DNA of 29,575 bases from Pyrinomonadaceae bacterium (GCA_036009285.1 DASYMB010000235.1:1-29575), one strand, 5' to 3'. Shown: positions 17,722-25,459, counted from the stretch's first letter. Program-made: numbers and translations. Notes: generated by a model from the letters alone, not told the origin.

Positions 17722-18198
17722 ATGCGTCTTACTATTTCCTTTTTTGCCCTTACGGTGTTTGCCCTCGGCGTGTTGACCGCTTGCAACTCCGCCGAGTGGA
17801 GGAATGCGCGAACTGCTTCCGGGGTCACGGCTCCACAAGCCGCTACACCAACCGCCGATGGTGTGCGACGCGTTACCGTTACCGAGCTGAAAGATTTGTT
17901 GGCAAAGGATGAAGCCATAGTTATCGACGTGCGCAACGAGGCTGCTTATAACAGCGGCCACATCAGGGGGGCGAAACTGATTCCGGAGGCTGAAGTCGTA
18001 AATCATATCGATGAGCTGCCGAAGAATAAATTGATTGTCACCTATTGCTCTTGACCAAACGAACATACGTCCGCCCGTGCGGTGGCCGATCTGAAAACAA
18101 AGGGTGTCTCAAACGCCGGCGCGCTACTTGGTGGTTTCGCTGCCTGGCAAAATGCAGGTCTCCCGGTCGATGCTAAAGCCGCGAGTCCGGCTCCCTGA
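17722..18198 (+). CDS. Rhodanese-domain lipoprotein, predicted selenoprotein (C109-S-U111) by UGA read-through
   Basis: AGGAGG RBS and lipobox LTA-C. Rhodanese motifs IDVRN...Y..GHI.GA and LIVTYCS-[TGA 18052-18054]-PNEHTSARAV..L...G......LLGGFAAWQNAGLPV, with the next stop at 18196-18198. Confidence 0.85.
18055..18087 (+). promoter_or_regulatory. Candidate bacterial SECIS hairpin
   Basis: CCGCC-CGTGC-GGTGG stem-loop at 18071-18085, starting 16 nt after the UGA, with G at loop position 2. Confidence 0.55.
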
Positions 18199-18212
18199 TC
18201 AATTAACCCGAG

Positions 18213-18809
18213 ATGCACTGTTCCAACTGCGGATCCTACATCGCGCCCGGAGTGCGCTTTTGTTCCGGGTGTGGATCACCCGCCGACGATCCTGAAGCCA
18301 CGCGAATTGTTCGTGCCCAGCGCGGTATTCCAGTTCCCGAGAACTACGACCGCGCCGCGGACGATGATCTGGAGCAGGTGATTTTCACCGTGCGTCCAAC
18401 TTTGATCTTCATCAAGGTCGGTTATGCTTTGGCGATAGTGGGAGCGATTTCGCTTGTTATCCTCCTCGCGATGATCCAGATGCCGGTCTATATTTCGCTG
18501 CCGTTGGCCCTGTCGTTGCTTCTGATTCCGGCCTATTACCACCTCAAGCGAAACATGGTGCGGTACACTTTGACCGACTCAAAAATTGAGATCGATACCG
18601 GACTAATCGCCCGAACCACGCGCAACATTCCCCTCGCCAAGATTCAGGACGTGACCGTTTCCGCCAGCATTCCGCAACGGCTCCTCGGCTTTGGCGATTT
18701 GTTGATAGACAACGCGAGCGAGTTGGGCGGCACGACGATCCTTCGCAATATCACCCATCCCCGCCGCCACGCCGACCTTCTTTTGCGCGAACTCCGACGC
18801 CGGCATTAA
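18213..18809 (+). CDS. Zinc-ribbon plus bacterial PH-domain (YdbS/bPH_2-like) membrane protein
   Basis: CSNCG...FCSGCG, two TM segments, and Y.LTD..IEI.TGLI.R.TRNIPL.KIQDVTV...IPQRLLGFGDL.ID. Confidence 0.85.
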   Translation: MHCSNCGSYIAPGVRFCSGCGSPADDPEATRIVRAQRGIPVPENYDRAADDDLEQVIFTVRPTLIFIKVGYALAIVGAISLVILLAMIQMPVYISLPLALSLLLIPAYYHLKRNMVRYTLTDSKIEIDTGLIARTTRNIPLAKIQDVTVSASIPQRLLGFGDLLIDNASELGGTTILRNITHPRRHADLLLRELRRRH

Positions 18810-18902
18810 ACTGCTGGCCAGAACCTCCTGCCAACTGTCGTCAACGGCGGAACATCTAAAGAACTTCGGGTTCTAAAAGGGATACTTGATTTTCAAGAGG
18901 TA

Positions 18903-20087
18903 ATGTTGTTGCTCTACCCCCAGTTCATAAGATTTTTGTCAGTGTTGGCGTTTGCGCTACTTTTATTCATACCGGTAGCTGGCCAAAGCCTGACAACCGA
19001 CCCGGCAGCCAAACTATTGCCGGATAAGTTGGGAGAGTTTCGGGCTGCGGGCCCGCCGAGCAAGGTGACTCTTGAGGATTCCATTGAGCGTGGCGGCATC
19101 ACTTCGGCAGCTAGTCGCAATTATGTCTCAAAAGATGGCAGACGTTTTTACGTTACCCTGGTCACGACCGTTTCCGACTCCGGGGCTTATGCGCTGCTTA
19201 CGGAAGCCAAGTTGAGGGCCGAACACTTTGGAGACGATCACGGTACGGCTAACGCCGATATCGGAAGCGCGGGCTTTTCTGTTGGGAATGGACTTGCCAA
19301 CACCAATTTGTATTTCTTCAAAGGGCGAGCTTACGCCTCCCTTCATGAGGAGGGAAAACCGCGGAACGAGCAGGCCCTCTTGAACTTCGGCAAAACGCTT
19401 GCGGACGCGCTCGATAACGGCGCCGGAGAAATCCCGGTTCTCGTAAGGCACCTTCCTGATTGGCAGAATGTGCAATCACGGGTTTTATACGCGGTCAATC
19501 AAAACAGTCTAAAAAATCAGTTCAGCAATCAAGCAGTTATCGATGCGGTAAGTTTCGAGGGTGGAGCGGAAGCTGTCGTTGCGAGCTACGGTCCCGAGCA
19601 GCTCGCGATCGTGGAATTCAACACTGCTTCGCTGGCCACCGACAATAACCAACGCATTAGCGCAAAGATTCAGGAGTTGCAGGCCCAAGGCCAACCTGTC
19701 CCTTCGGCCTATCGTCGGGTTGGCAACTATGCGGTGTTTGTTTTTAACGCACCTAACCAGGAAGCGGCCGATAAACTAATCGACCAGGTGAAGTATCAGC
19801 AGGTGGTGCAATGGCTGGGGGAAAATCCCTTCTCCTATGAAAAAGCGACCAGGGAATTCACCGAGACTACCCTGGGAGTTTTTGTTTCCGTAGTAAAAGC
19901 GTCGGGTCTGGCTCTGGTGACCTGTCTCGCGGTCGGTGGCTTGTTCGGTACGCTGCTATTTAGAGCCAGGCGTTCGCAGCAGCGGGCCCGCGCGGCGTAT
20001 TCAGATTCCGATGCGATGCTCCGGCTAAACCTGGATGAGTTGACTCCGGAATCCGAGCCTGGCCGGCTACTCGGGCGTGGAAACTAG
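18903..20087 (+). CDS. Exported protein with C-terminal membrane anchor (DUF6599-like, tentative)
   Basis: N-terminal signal peptide, soluble domain, C-terminal TM (ALVTCLAVGGLFGTLLF) and basic tail. The family label is from recall only. Confidence 0.6.
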   Translation: MLLLYPQFIRFLSVLAFALLLFIPVAGQSLTTDPAAKLLPDKLGEFRAAGPPSKVTLEDSIERGGITSAASRNYVSKDGRRFYVTLVTTVSDSGAYALLTEAKLRAEHFGDDHGTANADIGSAGFSVGNGLANTNLYFFKGRAYASLHEEGKPRNEQALLNFGKTLADALDNGAGEIPVLVRHLPDWQNVQSRVLYAVNQNSLKNQFSNQAVIDAVSFEGGAEAVVASYGPEQLAIVEFNTASLATDNNQRISAKIQELQAQGQPVPSAYRRVGNYAVFVFNAPNQEAADKLIDQVKYQQVVQWLGENPFSYEKATREFTETTLGVFVSVVKASGLALVTCLAVGGLFGTLLFRARRSQQRARAAYSDSDAMLRLNLDELTPESEPGRLLGRGN

Positions 20088-20104
20088 ATCCTTCGCCTTT
20101 GTAA

Positions 20105-20137
20105 GAAAAAAACGCTGGTGCTAAGCCAGCGCTTTTC
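20105..20137 (-). terminator. Intrinsic terminator, stronger on the minus strand and possibly bidirectional
   Basis: CGCTGG/CCAGCG stem (20113-20131), followed by T7 on the minus strand and by CTTTTC on the plus strand. Confidence 0.7.
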
Positions 20138-20381
20138 TATGCATCTTACTTAAAACTAATGCGGGCTGCTGATCTTCCTGGGAGGCTCCCCCAAGCCCCG
20201 TCAGGACGTCGATCAGCAGCACCGCAATGATTGCTCATTGATTGCGTGCAAGCGTTAACTCCGTTCCCCCGAAAGAGCCACCGCCTACTTTTTCAAACGT
20301 GAGAGGACGCCTCCCCCAAAGCTTCCACTCACCGCAATCCTGAGCCTGACCCGATTACCCTTTATCTACCCTTCTTGTTCG
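20105..20381 (-). ncRNA. Candidate sigma54-dependent small RNA of about 275 nt
   Basis: Bounded by a consensus -24/-12 promoter and a minus-strand terminator. Contains a long stem (20160-20174 with 20211-20226) and three GGGGGA motifs. No convincing ORF. Confidence 0.5.
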
Positions 20382-20392
20382 GATTTGTCTTG

Positions 20393-20407
20393 GCAATGAG
20401 CGTGCCA
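20393..20407 (-). promoter_or_regulatory. Sigma54 (-24/-12) promoter
   Basis: The minus strand reads TGGCACG-CTCA-TTGC, an exact match to TGGCACG-N4-TTGC. Confidence 0.7.
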
Positions 20408-20557
20408 ATTGCGAGAAAGGAGTCTGCGAACGGATGGTTTGATATTTTCCTAGAAAATCGAGCGAGTGCGCGATCAGCCATCGCTGGAGGTGGGCCAGGC
20501 GCGCGTACAGCTTCAATACGTCCGGCACTTCCTAGCGAACGATAATCGCTCGCTGCT

Positions 20558-20710
20558 GTAGGACAGACATTCCTGTCTGTTCATATTTGTCAGAACCGCC
20601 TGCGGTAGCGGGCGGGCAATGGTCGGTGGACCCACCCGCTACCGCAGGTGGTTCTGACCTTTTGTGCAATCCGCGCGTTAATTCGCGGCTAATTTAGTTC
20701 ACGGCTAATT
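20558..20710. repeat. Composite repeat cluster: GTAG-type REP, family A doublet and family B arms
   Basis: GTAG-G-ACAGAC-ATTCCT-GTCTGT (20558-20580), family A doublet (20589-20658), ATCCGCGCGTTAATTCGCGGCTAATTT (20669-20695) and a second CGGCTAATTT that overlaps the aminotransferase 3' end. Confidence 0.8.
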
Positions 20711-21834
20711 TGGTGAAGAGCCTTTATCAATTCATCTATCTCTTCCAGCGTGTTGTAAAAATGAGGCGAGATTCTAAGCCGATCGCCACGCGGAGCCGTA
20801 ATAATGTTTCTCTTCTTCAGGTGAGCGTAAAGATCCATCGAAGTAAGTCCAGCCGTGTGACGTACACAAACAATTTGAGATTTTTCCATTGGTCGCCGCG
20901 AGCTGACCACCTCGTAACGAGTGTCCTGAAGCTGTTCACACAGACGATCTGTAAGCATTTCGAGGTGTGATTGGATCGGGCTGATGCCCACTTCGTTCAG
21001 GAGGTTCAGGCTCGCTTCCAACCCATGTATCAGGGCGACCGGACCCGTGCCGGTTTCCCAGGCAAGCGTTCCCCGGTTCCATCCCTGCGCGAAATTTCCA
21101 TAATCTTCCGGATTGGGAACGCTGGTCCAGCCTACCAGCGTTGGCTGGATACGCTCGCGCGCCCGAGTGGAAAGGTATAGCAGACCCACTCCTTCGGGCG
21201 TCAGCAGCCACTTATGACAAGCCGCCGCGGCGACGTCGACGAGCTCAGATTCGACGTCGATAGGAATTACCCCCAGTGCCTGAATCACATCAACCACCAG
21301 CAGCGCATCGTGGACACGAGCAGCGCGCCCGATGCGCTCCAGGTCTGCACGAAAGCCCGAAGCGTACTGAACCTGGCTAATGGCGACCAGGCGAGTTTTG
21401 CTATCAATCAATGCGATCAGTTCATCGATACCCACGCGACCCTGCCGCTCTTCACAGAGACGCACTTCCACACCCAACGTGTCTCGAATGCGTAGCCAGG
21501 GATAAAGGTTTGAAGGGAACTCGTTACGGAAGGTCACGAGGTTATCGCCCGGGCGCCAATCAAGGCCGTTTGCCACGGTGGAAAGTCCGTCGGAAGTATT
21601 TCGCACGAACGCGACTTGCTCTGCGCGGGCGCCAAGCAACTCGGCGACAAGCCGGCGGGCGTTTTCTTTAACTGCAATCCAATTCCGAAAGTTTACCGAT
21701 CCGTTTTCGGAAACGTCCGCCAGTTGCGACTGAATCGCCTTCAGTGTCGGAATGGGCGGCGCGGAAACAGCAGCGTGGTTCAAATAGATAACGCGCTCAG
21801 TAACTGGAAAGAGCGCGCGCAAGGTGTCGTTCAT
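20689..21834 (-). CDS. PLP-dependent class V aminotransferase / cysteine desulfurase-like protein
   Basis: YLNHAAVS, RNTSDG, EFPSN, ISQVQYASG, LLVVDVIQALG, CHKWLL.PEG.G (PLP Lys) and LRISPHFYN. Confidence 0.88.
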   Translation of the reverse strand: MNDTLRALFPVTERVIYLNHAAVSAPPIPTLKAIQSQLADVSENGSVNFRNWIAVKENARRLVAELLGARAEQVAFVRNTSDGLSTVANGLDWRPGDNLVTFRNEFPSNLYPWLRIRDTLGVEVRLCEERQGRVGIDELIALIDSKTRLVAISQVQYASGFRADLERIGRAARVHDALLVVDVIQALGVIPIDVESELVDVAAAACHKWLLTPEGVGLLYLSTRARERIQPTLVGWTSVPNPEDYGNFAQGWNRGTLAWETGTGPVALIHGLEASLNLLNEVGISPIQSHLEMLTDRLCEQLQDTRYEVVSSRRPMEKSQIVCVRHTAGLTSMDLYAHLKKRNIITAPRGDRLRISPHFYNTLEEIDELIKALHQISRELN

Positions 21835-21847
21835 GATGGTCAGTTCA

Positions 21848-21922
21848 AGCAGAAGCCCGACCGTCAGGGAGGGCTCATGTTTTCACAACCCAGGAGCCCT
21901 TCCTGACGGTCGGGCTTCCGCT
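21848..21922. repeat. REP-like doublet, family D (AGCCCGACCGTCAGGGAGGGC)
   Basis: 29-bp inverted arms with 2 mismatches. A related element lies at 27767-27842. Confidence 0.85.
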
Positions 21923-21929
21923 TGCTTTT

Positions 21930-22502
21930 CTAAGGGGCAAAGGCCCGGCCGTAAAATTCCTTGTACAGCCAACCGAGCACACGGGCTTCGGCGGTGCACA
22001 GCGTCTCCAGCCAGCAGTTGATCAGAAAGTCGTGACGTCCGCGCGCGGAAGGAATCTTTTCAGCTTCTTTCACCACCGAGCCACCGCTATCGAGATCCAG
22101 TTTATAGGCCTCAGCAGTTGATTCGTTGGCCTTCGACGCTGTATCAAGCGCATTGAGAAGTTGGCTGATCCACGCATGAAGCGCGCGCTCCGTGTCGTTT
22201 TCAGCGAGCGCTTGAATGATGCCGATGGCCAGACGATCCTCAGCTTGTTTGAAATCAAAAACTACTTCGCCCGCGCTGCGGCTCTGCTGCTGTTTCCACT
22301 GAAAGACCTCCTCAACGTTACGGTGCTTGATAATTGCGACGCGTTGATCGTAGTCCAGAAACCATTGAATGACCTCGGGAACGGAATCGAGATCGACGTT
22401 GCCGCGCGAGTCGCGCTGCAAGGGTGGAGGGTTGAGCGGAGATTCTTGCTGAGTAGTACCACCGTTATCTGAAGTTGATCGTGAAATTCCAGTACTCCCC
22501 AT
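21930..22502 (-). CDS. Hypothetical protein
   Basis: 190-aa ORF co-oriented with and 4 nt downstream of the asparaginase gene; predicted helical; no motif recognised. Confidence 0.7.
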   Translation of the reverse strand: MGSTGISRSTSDNGGTTQQESPLNPPPLQRDSRGNVDLDSVPEVIQWFLDYDQRVAIIKHRNVEEVFQWKQQQSRSAGEVVFDFKQAEDRLAIGIIQALAENDTERALHAWISQLLNALDTASKANESTAEAYKLDLDSGGSVVKEAEKIPSARGRHDFLINCWLETLCTAEARVLGWLYKEFYGRAFAP

Positions 22503-22506
22503 TGGT

Positions 22507-23598
22507 CTAACCCTGTGTGTTGCCGGCCAGCTTCAATTCAAACTCCGGCGTTACTTCCCCAACGATGTCTCCCCGGCGATTGCGCACCGGGAAAAAAGCG
22601 TAGCGCGCCACGGCCTCTAACGATTCATCAGCCAGGATTCCGAGCTGCCTTAGCGACTCGATCACGACCGTTGGTCGAGCACGGTGGTCGTCGCCATCCT
22701 CAATTTTCAGGGCTAGCCCCAGCCCGCGCGGCCAATCTGCAGAAGGCAATATGCCGACAGTGTAGACACCTTCGGCGCCTACCTTCGAGACCAACCGACC
22801 TTTCGCCGCGCGCATGATCTCCGTATCGAGACGATCCGCAGTGCCGCCGATTAATTCAGGATAGGAGGTCATTGCGGAAACGATTCGCGCGCAAGCATCT
22901 CTTGTCTTTCCCTCAAACTCCGCGGGCGGCGAGACGAGGCGCGCGTACATGAGCGCCATCGCCTTCACCGTAATTCCAAACACCGGAACACCACAGCCAT
23001 CCACGCCGACGGCGATGTCTTCGATAGGAACTCCGGAAAACTGCGCCACGGTTTTGCCGATCGCGAGTTGGACCGGGTTCGTCGGCTCGTCGTAAGTCTC
23101 GATGGGCGCACTCAGATGCAGAGCCAACGCTAACATCCCCGCGTGCTTGCCGGAACAGTTATTCTGCAACACGTTTGGCTTTTCGTTTTTTTCACGGAGC
23201 CGCCGAGCTACCGCCGCGGCGAAGGGTTCATGTGTGCCACACTTCAAAGCTTCAGGTTCCAAACCGATCTTCTCTAGCATCGACGCGGCTATCTCGGTGT
23301 GAATCGGTTCGCCGCTGTGCGATGCGCACGCGAGGGCAATCTCTTTTTCACTGAAACCAAAGCGATCCGCGGCGCCAGATGCGATAAGCGGAATTGCCTG
23401 ATGTGGTTTAGCGGAAGAACGCAGGTAGGTGACTGTTTCAGGTCGACCGAGGTGGGCGACCAGAGTTCCGTCAGGTTCCACGGCAACGACGTGGCCGCGA
23501 TGCCGTGATTCAGTGATACCGCCCCGCCTCACCTCCACCAGCGGTTCAGCGGACGGGATCTCTATGTTGTTTTCAGACGGTTGCCTTGACACCTGCAT
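22507..23598 (-). CDS. L-asparaginase II (Rhizobium AnsA type)
   Basis: VEVRRGG..ESRHRGH, RSSAKP.QA, LACASHSGE..H, NNCSGKHAGML, GVDGCG.P, KVGAEGV and LALKIEDG. Confidence 0.9.
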   Translation of the reverse strand: MQVSRQPSENNIEIPSAEPLVEVRRGGITESRHRGHVVAVEPDGTLVAHLGRPETVTYLRSSAKPHQAIPLIASGAADRFGFSEKEIALACASHSGEPIHTEIAASMLEKIGLEPEALKCGTHEPFAAAVARRLREKNEKPNVLQNNCSGKHAGMLALALHLSAPIETYDEPTNPVQLAIGKTVAQFSGVPIEDIAVGVDGCGVPVFGITVKAMALMYARLVSPPAEFEGKTRDACARIVSAMTSYPELIGGTADRLDTEIMRAAKGRLVSKVGAEGVYTVGILPSADWPRGLGLALKIEDGDDHRARPTVVIESLRQLGILADESLEAVARYAFFPVRNRRGDIVGEVTPEFELKLAGNTQG

Positions 23599-23830
23599 AG
23601 TAGTGCGGAAGACCTCGCCAGTTCGAAGATAAGTTTGACCTGATTATGTTACCACGGGTTTCACAGTGACTGTTGCTGCGGTGATGCAGGTCACAGACCG
23701 AAAAAATAGTAATGGCCTTCCGTAAGTCAAAGACTTACCGCGCACCGGAGGTCAAAGACTGTCGCTAATCGAAGTCACTCTCTTCCGGCAGCACAATCAA
23801 CATAAAAGTCCCGCACGATTAATCCCGAAC

Positions 23831-23863
23831 AAATAAAAAAGGCAGAAGGTTTGACCTTCTGCC
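23831..23863 (-). terminator. Intrinsic terminator of the 3D-domain gene
   Basis: Perfect 9-bp GGCAGAAGG/CCTTCTGCC stem followed on the minus strand by TTTTTTATTT. Confidence 0.8.
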
Positions 23864-23905
23864 GTGGAATTTCTGAACGCTTCTGCTTTTCTGAAAGCTT
23901 ACGCT

Positions 23906-24448
23906 TTAGCCTTTCGTAGTCTTCCGAGATCTCCTGGCTCCATAGCTCAGTACAGTTAACTTCACCGTACGTTTTCCAAATCGCATAGCCTCGCTCGAGC
24001 TGGGCGTCCAGATGTCGATGCGACGGCCGCGGATTGATCCGCCGGTGTCAGCGACGAGATATTCACCGCTGTACCCGGGATGTTCAAGTCTCACGCGCGA
24101 ACCCAGCGGTAACACTGACGGGTCGGCGGCAATTAAACCTCTGCTCACCATGCGACCGCTCGCGGTTCTCCCTTTCAGACTATATGCGGTAGCGACGTAA
24201 GGCGCGGCTGCTACGAGAGCTTTCGGCTCCTCGACTATCCGGCTCCGTTCAAGGGAAGCTGAATCCGTTGCGCGAGTCTCCTCTTCAAACTTGCCCACCG
24301 TCCCAACCGGAGTCAGCTTAGCTTCTTCTTTTTGTAACCGAGACTGAGAGAGAGGGGTGTCTGCTATTGAAGGCGTTGCCGAGAAAACTATCAAACCAAC
24401 GAGAAGTGCAGTCGCAATGATTACGCTTCTACCAACTATTGCTTTCAT
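23906..24448 (-). CDS. 3D-domain (Asp-Asp-Asp) cell-wall hydrolase-like exported protein
   Basis: ATAYS..GRTASG......LIAADPSVLPLGS.V......Y.VADTGGSIRGRRIDIW. Signal peptide and AGGAGA RBS. Confidence 0.9.
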   Translation of the reverse strand: MKAIVGRSVIIATALLVGLIVFSATPSIADTPLSQSRLQKEEAKLTPVGTVGKFEEETRATDSASLERSRIVEEPKALVAAAPYVATAYSLKGRTASGRMVSRGLIAADPSVLPLGSRVRLEHPGYSGEYLVADTGGSIRGRRIDIWTPSSSEAMRFGKRTVKLTVLSYGARRSRKTTKG

Positions 24449-24605
24449 TGTCGGGTCTCCTGTCCGAGGTGGAATACTTCTCAGCGCTCTGCGCGAGTCT
24501 GTTCTTTCCTAAGACTCGACCTCCGGCCCAAGGAGTTGAGAGCAACGTCGGCCGGAGTTGGGGGCTTGCATCCTTGATGCATGCGCTGAAAACCCAAATG
24601 CGCGG

Positions 24606-24642
24606 TAAAACAAAAACAAGCGAGTAGAACCCCCGCTTGTTT
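24606..24642 (-). terminator. Terminator-like hairpin about 160 nt upstream of the 3D-domain gene
   Basis: AAACAAGCG/CGCTTGTTT 9-bp stem, followed on the minus strand by TTGTTTT. Confidence 0.55.
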
Positions 24643-24823
24643 CGGCATGGAAACTAGCATAGGGGTTAGGGAGTGTCTAGCGACGTGAGAGGCCAAAAAG
24701 CCCGAAAATACCAGCAAACTTCTGTAACTACTGAAATGTTTAGAGTTACAAAAGTGTTGGAAATGTGACCGAAAGGTTTCAGTACGGATCGAGGTTCGGA
24801 GAGCGATTTCGTGGCTGGTTAAG

Positions 24824-25459
24824 CTAGGTTTCGAGGAAATTTTCCAGGACTCTTTGTCCATCCGGGTGCTCGCCATCGAAGAGTTCGGGATGGAATTGCA
24901 CGCCAAACAGCGGACGATCCTTGTGTTCCATTGCCTGGATGGAACAGGTTTCGTTGGAGGCGGTGCAACGGAAACCTTTGGGTAGTTTCTTCACTTCGTC
25001 AAAGTGTGAATGCCAAACGGTTATTTCCCGCGGCAGGTCCTTGAAGATGCCGGCGCCGCTGGTTTCCACGGGGAAGTATCCTCGTTCGCGTTTCGCACCT
25101 GCATAACCTTCGCCCGGCTCAAGCCGCGCCATCAAATCAATAGGGGCACCGAACGCCAGCGCGATTTGCTGATGCCCGCCACAAACTCCGAGCATCGGTT
25201 GCGGCGCTTTCTTTATCACTTCCAGCACGCCGGCGAGTAAGTTGGAAGTGTATTTGTCCCAGGGATGACTTTGCCCACTCAGAATAATATGCGAAGGGTT
25301 GAGCGACTTGACGCGTTTGAGGGAAACGGCGTGAAAGGGCTCGGTGAGTATTTCAACTCCCTCGCGCATGCGACCCAAAACTGCTCGCAGTTCCCGAGGG
25401 CTTGCTCCCTGGCCGTCAAGCGTGTTGTCGACGAGATAAATCAGCGCTGCGGTAGTCAC
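24824..25459 (-). CDS. Class I glutamine amidotransferase (stand-alone, GuaA-GATase-like)
   Basis: IILSG, nucleophile elbow GVCGGHQ, HFDEV and GVQFHPE (Cys-His-Glu triad). GTGA overlap with the upstream gene. Confidence 0.9.
   Translation of the reverse strand: MTTAALIYLVDNTLDGQGASPRELRAVLGRMREGVEILTEPFHAVSLKRVKSLNPSHIILSGQSHPWDKYTSNLLAGVLEVIKKAPQPMLGVCGGHQQIALAFGAPIDLMARLEPGEGYAGAKRERGYFPVETSGAGIFKDLPREITVWHSHFDEVKKLPKGFRCTASNETCSIQAMEHKDRPLFGVQFHPELFDGEHPDGQRVLENFLET

Noticed and set aside
17641-18054. ORF-track 137-aa rhodanese ending at YCS*
   Set aside because: The start is too far upstream (the RBS supports ATG 17722), and the stop falls inside the active-site loop while the domain continues in frame. 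Treated as UGA read-through instead.
20195-20225. SRP (4.5S) RNA-like TCAGG...AGCAGC
   Set aside because: It lacks the CCGGAAGG GNRA tetraloop helix between the two motifs, and the promoter and terminator point to the opposite strand.
20146-20238. 30-codon minus-strand ORF (MSNHCGAADRR...) inside the candidate sRNA
   Set aside because: The nearest GGAG is about 20 nt upstream and the peptide has no recognisable features. It cannot be fully excluded without conservation data.
20105-20381. CsrA/RsmA-sponge interpretation based on seven GGA triplets
   Set aside because: Seven GGA triplets in about 275 G-rich nucleotides is not clearly above chance, and they are not evidently in hairpin loops.
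24449-24650. ydaO/c-di-AMP riboswitch upstream of the 3D-domain gene
   Set aside because: The conserved GCTGAATCC and CCCGTCAGCTAAC-like segments were not found; kept only as an unassigned structured leader.
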